Source: a virus. Taken from it: a DNA stretch of 37,313 bases. The stretch lies in IMG/VR virus record IMGVR_UViG_3300028549_002563. One strand, given 5' to 3'. Below the pieces are notes generated by a model. It did no database searches and was not told where the DNA came from. It was given only the letters and a program-made list of their open reading frames with translations. Position numbers and translations under genes: made by a program. The stretch's first letter is position 1. Every line of letters starts with the position of its first letter. Shown piece after piece: positions 35,338-37,313 of the stretch.

Positions 35338-35825
35338 TGTATAGTTTCCTCTATATATTTAATTTCTTCTTCTGTTAAATTAAATAACTTATATAATTTT
35401 TCATCATTCCATTCTTCTTTAAAACTTAATAAAGGAACAAATCTAAATGCATTAAAATTCATATCTTGTGTTTTCTTTTTTAAACTTAAAAAAAACTTAA
35501 AAAAATTAGTATTAATATAACTTATATAATTTAAACATTCTTCTTTACTTTCACTTAAATATAAAATATTAAAAGTTAAAGAACAAATATCATTTTTATC
35601 TATTAATTTAGGATTAAGTTTAAAATTATATTCTTCACTTGCTTTTGCTAAAACAACTTTATACTTATTGTTAAATCTTTCTTCTAATAAATCTTTATGA
35701 ATATATCCTATTTTTCCAAATTTAAGATATAACTTAATACTATCTTCAAAAGGTTGATTTTTATAATATAAAAAGTTAGTTGGAAATTTAGAATGAAAAA
35801 ATTCTGTATCTGTTAATGTTTTCAT
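35331..35825 (-). CDS. Target-recognition-domain-like protein 1
   Basis: The C-terminal LNYISYINTNFFKFFLSL...FRFVPLL...LYKLFNLTEEEIKYIEETI resembles the end of TaqI-like / HsdS-type specificity domains. The ATG lies 2 nt after the MTase stop and has its own GGAGA. Confidence 0.65.
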
Positions 35826-35827
35826 AA

Positions 35828-36670
35828 TTATATCTCCGTGTTTAAAACTTTTTTTAATATATCAATACCTTTATTATCTCTTATAAAAACATCAAATTCA
35901 TTTAAAATTCTTTTTCTTGAAGATTTAGTTTCACCTTTATAAAACTCTTCATATAAAGTTTCTCCTGTATATTCTTTATCTATAAGAAAATACAATACAC
36001 CTCCCGCTATATCAACATTATTAAAAACTTCTTTACTACTTTTAAAGTCCTTTATATATTTAATGTGTGGATAATTTAAAAAGAAGTTTCTGAATTTATC
36101 TAATCCCTTTCCGCCTGTTAAAAATCTTGAAGGAACAATAAAACTAATATATCTACAATTCATTTCTATTGCTTGTAATATAAAATTCTGATAAATCGGT
36201 TTAGCAGATGCTCCAAATCCGCCGTCCATCATCTGATACGGTGGATTTCCTATAATAATATCAAATTCATAATTTTTAAAATAATTATCTTTTAAAGTAT
36301 CTTGGCAAATAATATTTTTACTTAATTTATCTTTAAAAAATAATAAATCATCAAAAGATAAATTAAATTTTTCAGAACAAGAACTTAATATTAAAAACAA
36401 TCTTTCAATAGTATCATTAACATTTATTTCACATATATCAGAACCGAATATAGAAGTTATAGCAATATATAAATCTTCTATATCTTTACAATTAGATAAT
36501 TTTCTTTTTAATATAGCATCTAAAAAATTACCGTTTCCGCAAGTAGGTTCAAAATAAGTAGTTTTTATTTCATAACTTTCTTTTTTATTTAAATCTAACA
36601 TTTCATTAACAATAAAATCAGGAGTATAAACTTCTCCAAGTCCTTTTATTCTTTCAGTTGTTTCTTTCAT
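35828..36670 (-). CDS. N6-adenine DNA methyltransferase catalytic module (gamma class) lacking its own TRD
   Basis: Motif I is FEPTCGNGNFL and motif IV is IIIGNPPYQ, in that order. 280 aa, which is about the size of the M.TaqI catalytic domain alone. Confidence 0.8.
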   Translation of the reverse strand: MKETTERIKGLGEVYTPDFIVNEMLDLNKKESYEIKTTYFEPTCGNGNFLDAILKRKLSNCKDIEDLYIAITSIFGSDICEINVNDTIERLFLILSSCSEKFNLSFDDLLFFKDKLSKNIICQDTLKDNYFKNYEFDIIIGNPPYQMMDGGFGASAKPIYQNFILQAIEMNCRYISFIVPSRFLTGGKGLDKFRNFFLNYPHIKYIKDFKSSKEVFNNVDIAGGVLYFLIDKEYTGETLYEEFYKGETKSSRKRILNEFDVFIRDNKGIDILKKVLNTEI

Positions 36671-36677
36671 TTAATTT

Positions 36678-36723
36678 AAAATCTCCATTTTTTTTGTTTA
36701 ATAATAGCAAAAATGGAGATTTT
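36678..36723 (-). promoter_or_regulatory. 15-bp perfect hairpin occluding the methyltransferase SD
   Basis: AAAATCTCCATTTTT (36678-36692) is the exact reverse complement of AAAAATGGAGATTTT (36709-36723). On the mRNA the 3' arm carries GGAG and ends 7 nt before the ATG at 36670. Confidence 0.55.
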
Positions 36724-36729
36724 TTTCAA

Positions 36730-36849
36730 ATAAATAAATATTTTATATCTTATTAAACAAGACTACAACCCTTTAAACCTGAATTCGGTAATCTAAAATC
36801 GAAGTTTGCGTTTTCCAGTTTATTAATAAGATATAAAATATTTATTTAT
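36730..36849. repeat. 25-bp perfect inverted repeat flanking a 70-nt relatively GC-rich core
   Basis: ATAAATAAATATTTTATATCTTATT (36730-36754) is the exact reverse complement of 36825-36849. Confidence 0.9.
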
Positions 36850-36856
36850 GTTATTA

Positions 36857-36910
36857 CTCGATATACACCCTATCGAGCGGTTCTAGTCAATCAAAGCTGA
36901 ACTAGTCAAT
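36857..36910. repeat. Hairpin CTCGATA-tacaccc-TATCGAG, then 9-bp direct repeat CTAGTCAAT x2
   Basis: Stem at 36857-36863 / 36871-36877. Direct repeats at 36883-36891 and 36902-36910. On the minus strand each repeat reads ATTGACTAG, which contains a TTGACT -35-like box. Confidence 0.7.
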
Positions 36911-37036
36911 TAAGATGACATTATAACATTTTATTAAAGAAATTGAATAAAAAAATATTCAAAAAGATAAATTGAATATAAAAACTTTCATTTTTTCAAT
37001 AAAAAAGATATTATTATAAAAAAAAGAGGATAAACA

Positions 37037-37231
37037 ATGAAAAATCTAAGATTTGTTATTAGTTTAACAGATAAAGAATATAATTCTTATTATATTGCTG
37101 ATTATAACGCTAAAACTAATTTAATACATAAAGCTTTATCATTTAAAGATGAAGAAACTGCTAAAAACTATATTTTTTTAAACATAAATAAAGAAAATTA
37201 TATAAATTTTAAATTAATTCCTATTATTTAA
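37037..37231 (+). CDS. Hypothetical early protein, 64 aa
   Basis: ORF track; SD AGAGGA upstream. Its 3' part lies in the terminal redundancy, so bases 1-139 are the same gene's 3' end. Confidence 0.75.
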   Translation: MKNLRFVISLTDKEYNSYYIADYNAKTNLIHKALSFKDEETAKNYIFLNINKENYINFKLIPII

Positions 37232-37313
37232 CATTTCTTATTTCCATTTTTAACATTAACTTTTAATTTTATGTTAATATTCTTCTGTTATAAAAAAATG
37301 CGGAGGTATAACA
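37093..37313. repeat. Second copy of the 221-bp terminal redundancy
   Basis: Identical to 1-221 by manual comparison. Implies a unit genome of 37,092 bp. Confidence 0.95.
37235..37280 (+). promoter_or_regulatory. Duplicate of the 143-188 early promoter region (terminal redundancy)
   Basis: 13-mer at 37235-37247; identical to 143-155. Confidence 0.5.

Noticed and set aside
36755-36824. 70-nt GC-richer core as a tRNA fragment or attP core
   Set aside because: No cloverleaf, T-loop (GTTCRANYC) or acceptor features. No integrase in the genome. It is kept only as an unexplained structured element.

Overview
Very AT-rich 37.3-kb window (I did not compute GC content). It is one complete tailed-phage genome. 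Bases 1-221 recur exactly at 37093-37313, so the unit length is 37,092 bp, either circularly closed or terminally redundant. The minus strand carries a lambda/HK97-like siphovirus late programme. This comprises an i-/o-spanin pair, terS, terL, portal and SPP1-gp7/MuF head-morphogenesis genes (647-6106). It continues with scaffold, major capsid, a RuvC-like resolvase, connector proteins, major tail, G/GT chaperone with an A9 slippery run, tape measure and gpL/gpK/gpI-J-like tip proteins. It ends in a cluster of adhesin and receptor-binding paralogs (12924-32608). A further minus-strand block (34039-36670) holds an M15 endolysin, a holin candidate and a methyltransferase locus. The plus strand carries short early-type genes of unknown function, an SF3/D5-P4-type primase-helicase and a tnpB-like gene. 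I recognise no integrase, repressor, tRNA or CRISPR array. The spanin pair implies a diderm host. Seven things are not explained by ordinary phage annotation. (1) A split gamma-class N6-adenine methyltransferase is followed by two paralogous specificity-domain-like ORFs. These are separated by a 47-nt (TC)23T tract whose three length classes give three different translational outcomes. (2) A stand-alone tnpB-like RuvC gene has a relocated glutamate, no zinc-finger cysteines, a long C-terminal tail and no tnpA. (3) Two ~389-bp near-identical direct repeats lie 26.5 kb apart. Each holds about 13-14 ATAACGC words arranged as a dyad around a back-to-back promoter-like core, and each abuts a late TTGACT promoter. 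(4) A 13-mer, TTCTTATTTCCAT, sits at a fixed distance upstream of six early promoters. (5) A GC-rich word, AAGTCGTC, is found five times, always on the plus strand in non-coding DNA. (6) A 450-bp structured non-coding gap with a perfect consensus promoter lies between the scaffold and capsid genes. (7) Long hairpins occlude the Shine-Dalgarno (SD) sequences of two genes. All functional readings are inference from sequence and from remembered family signatures. No database search was possible.
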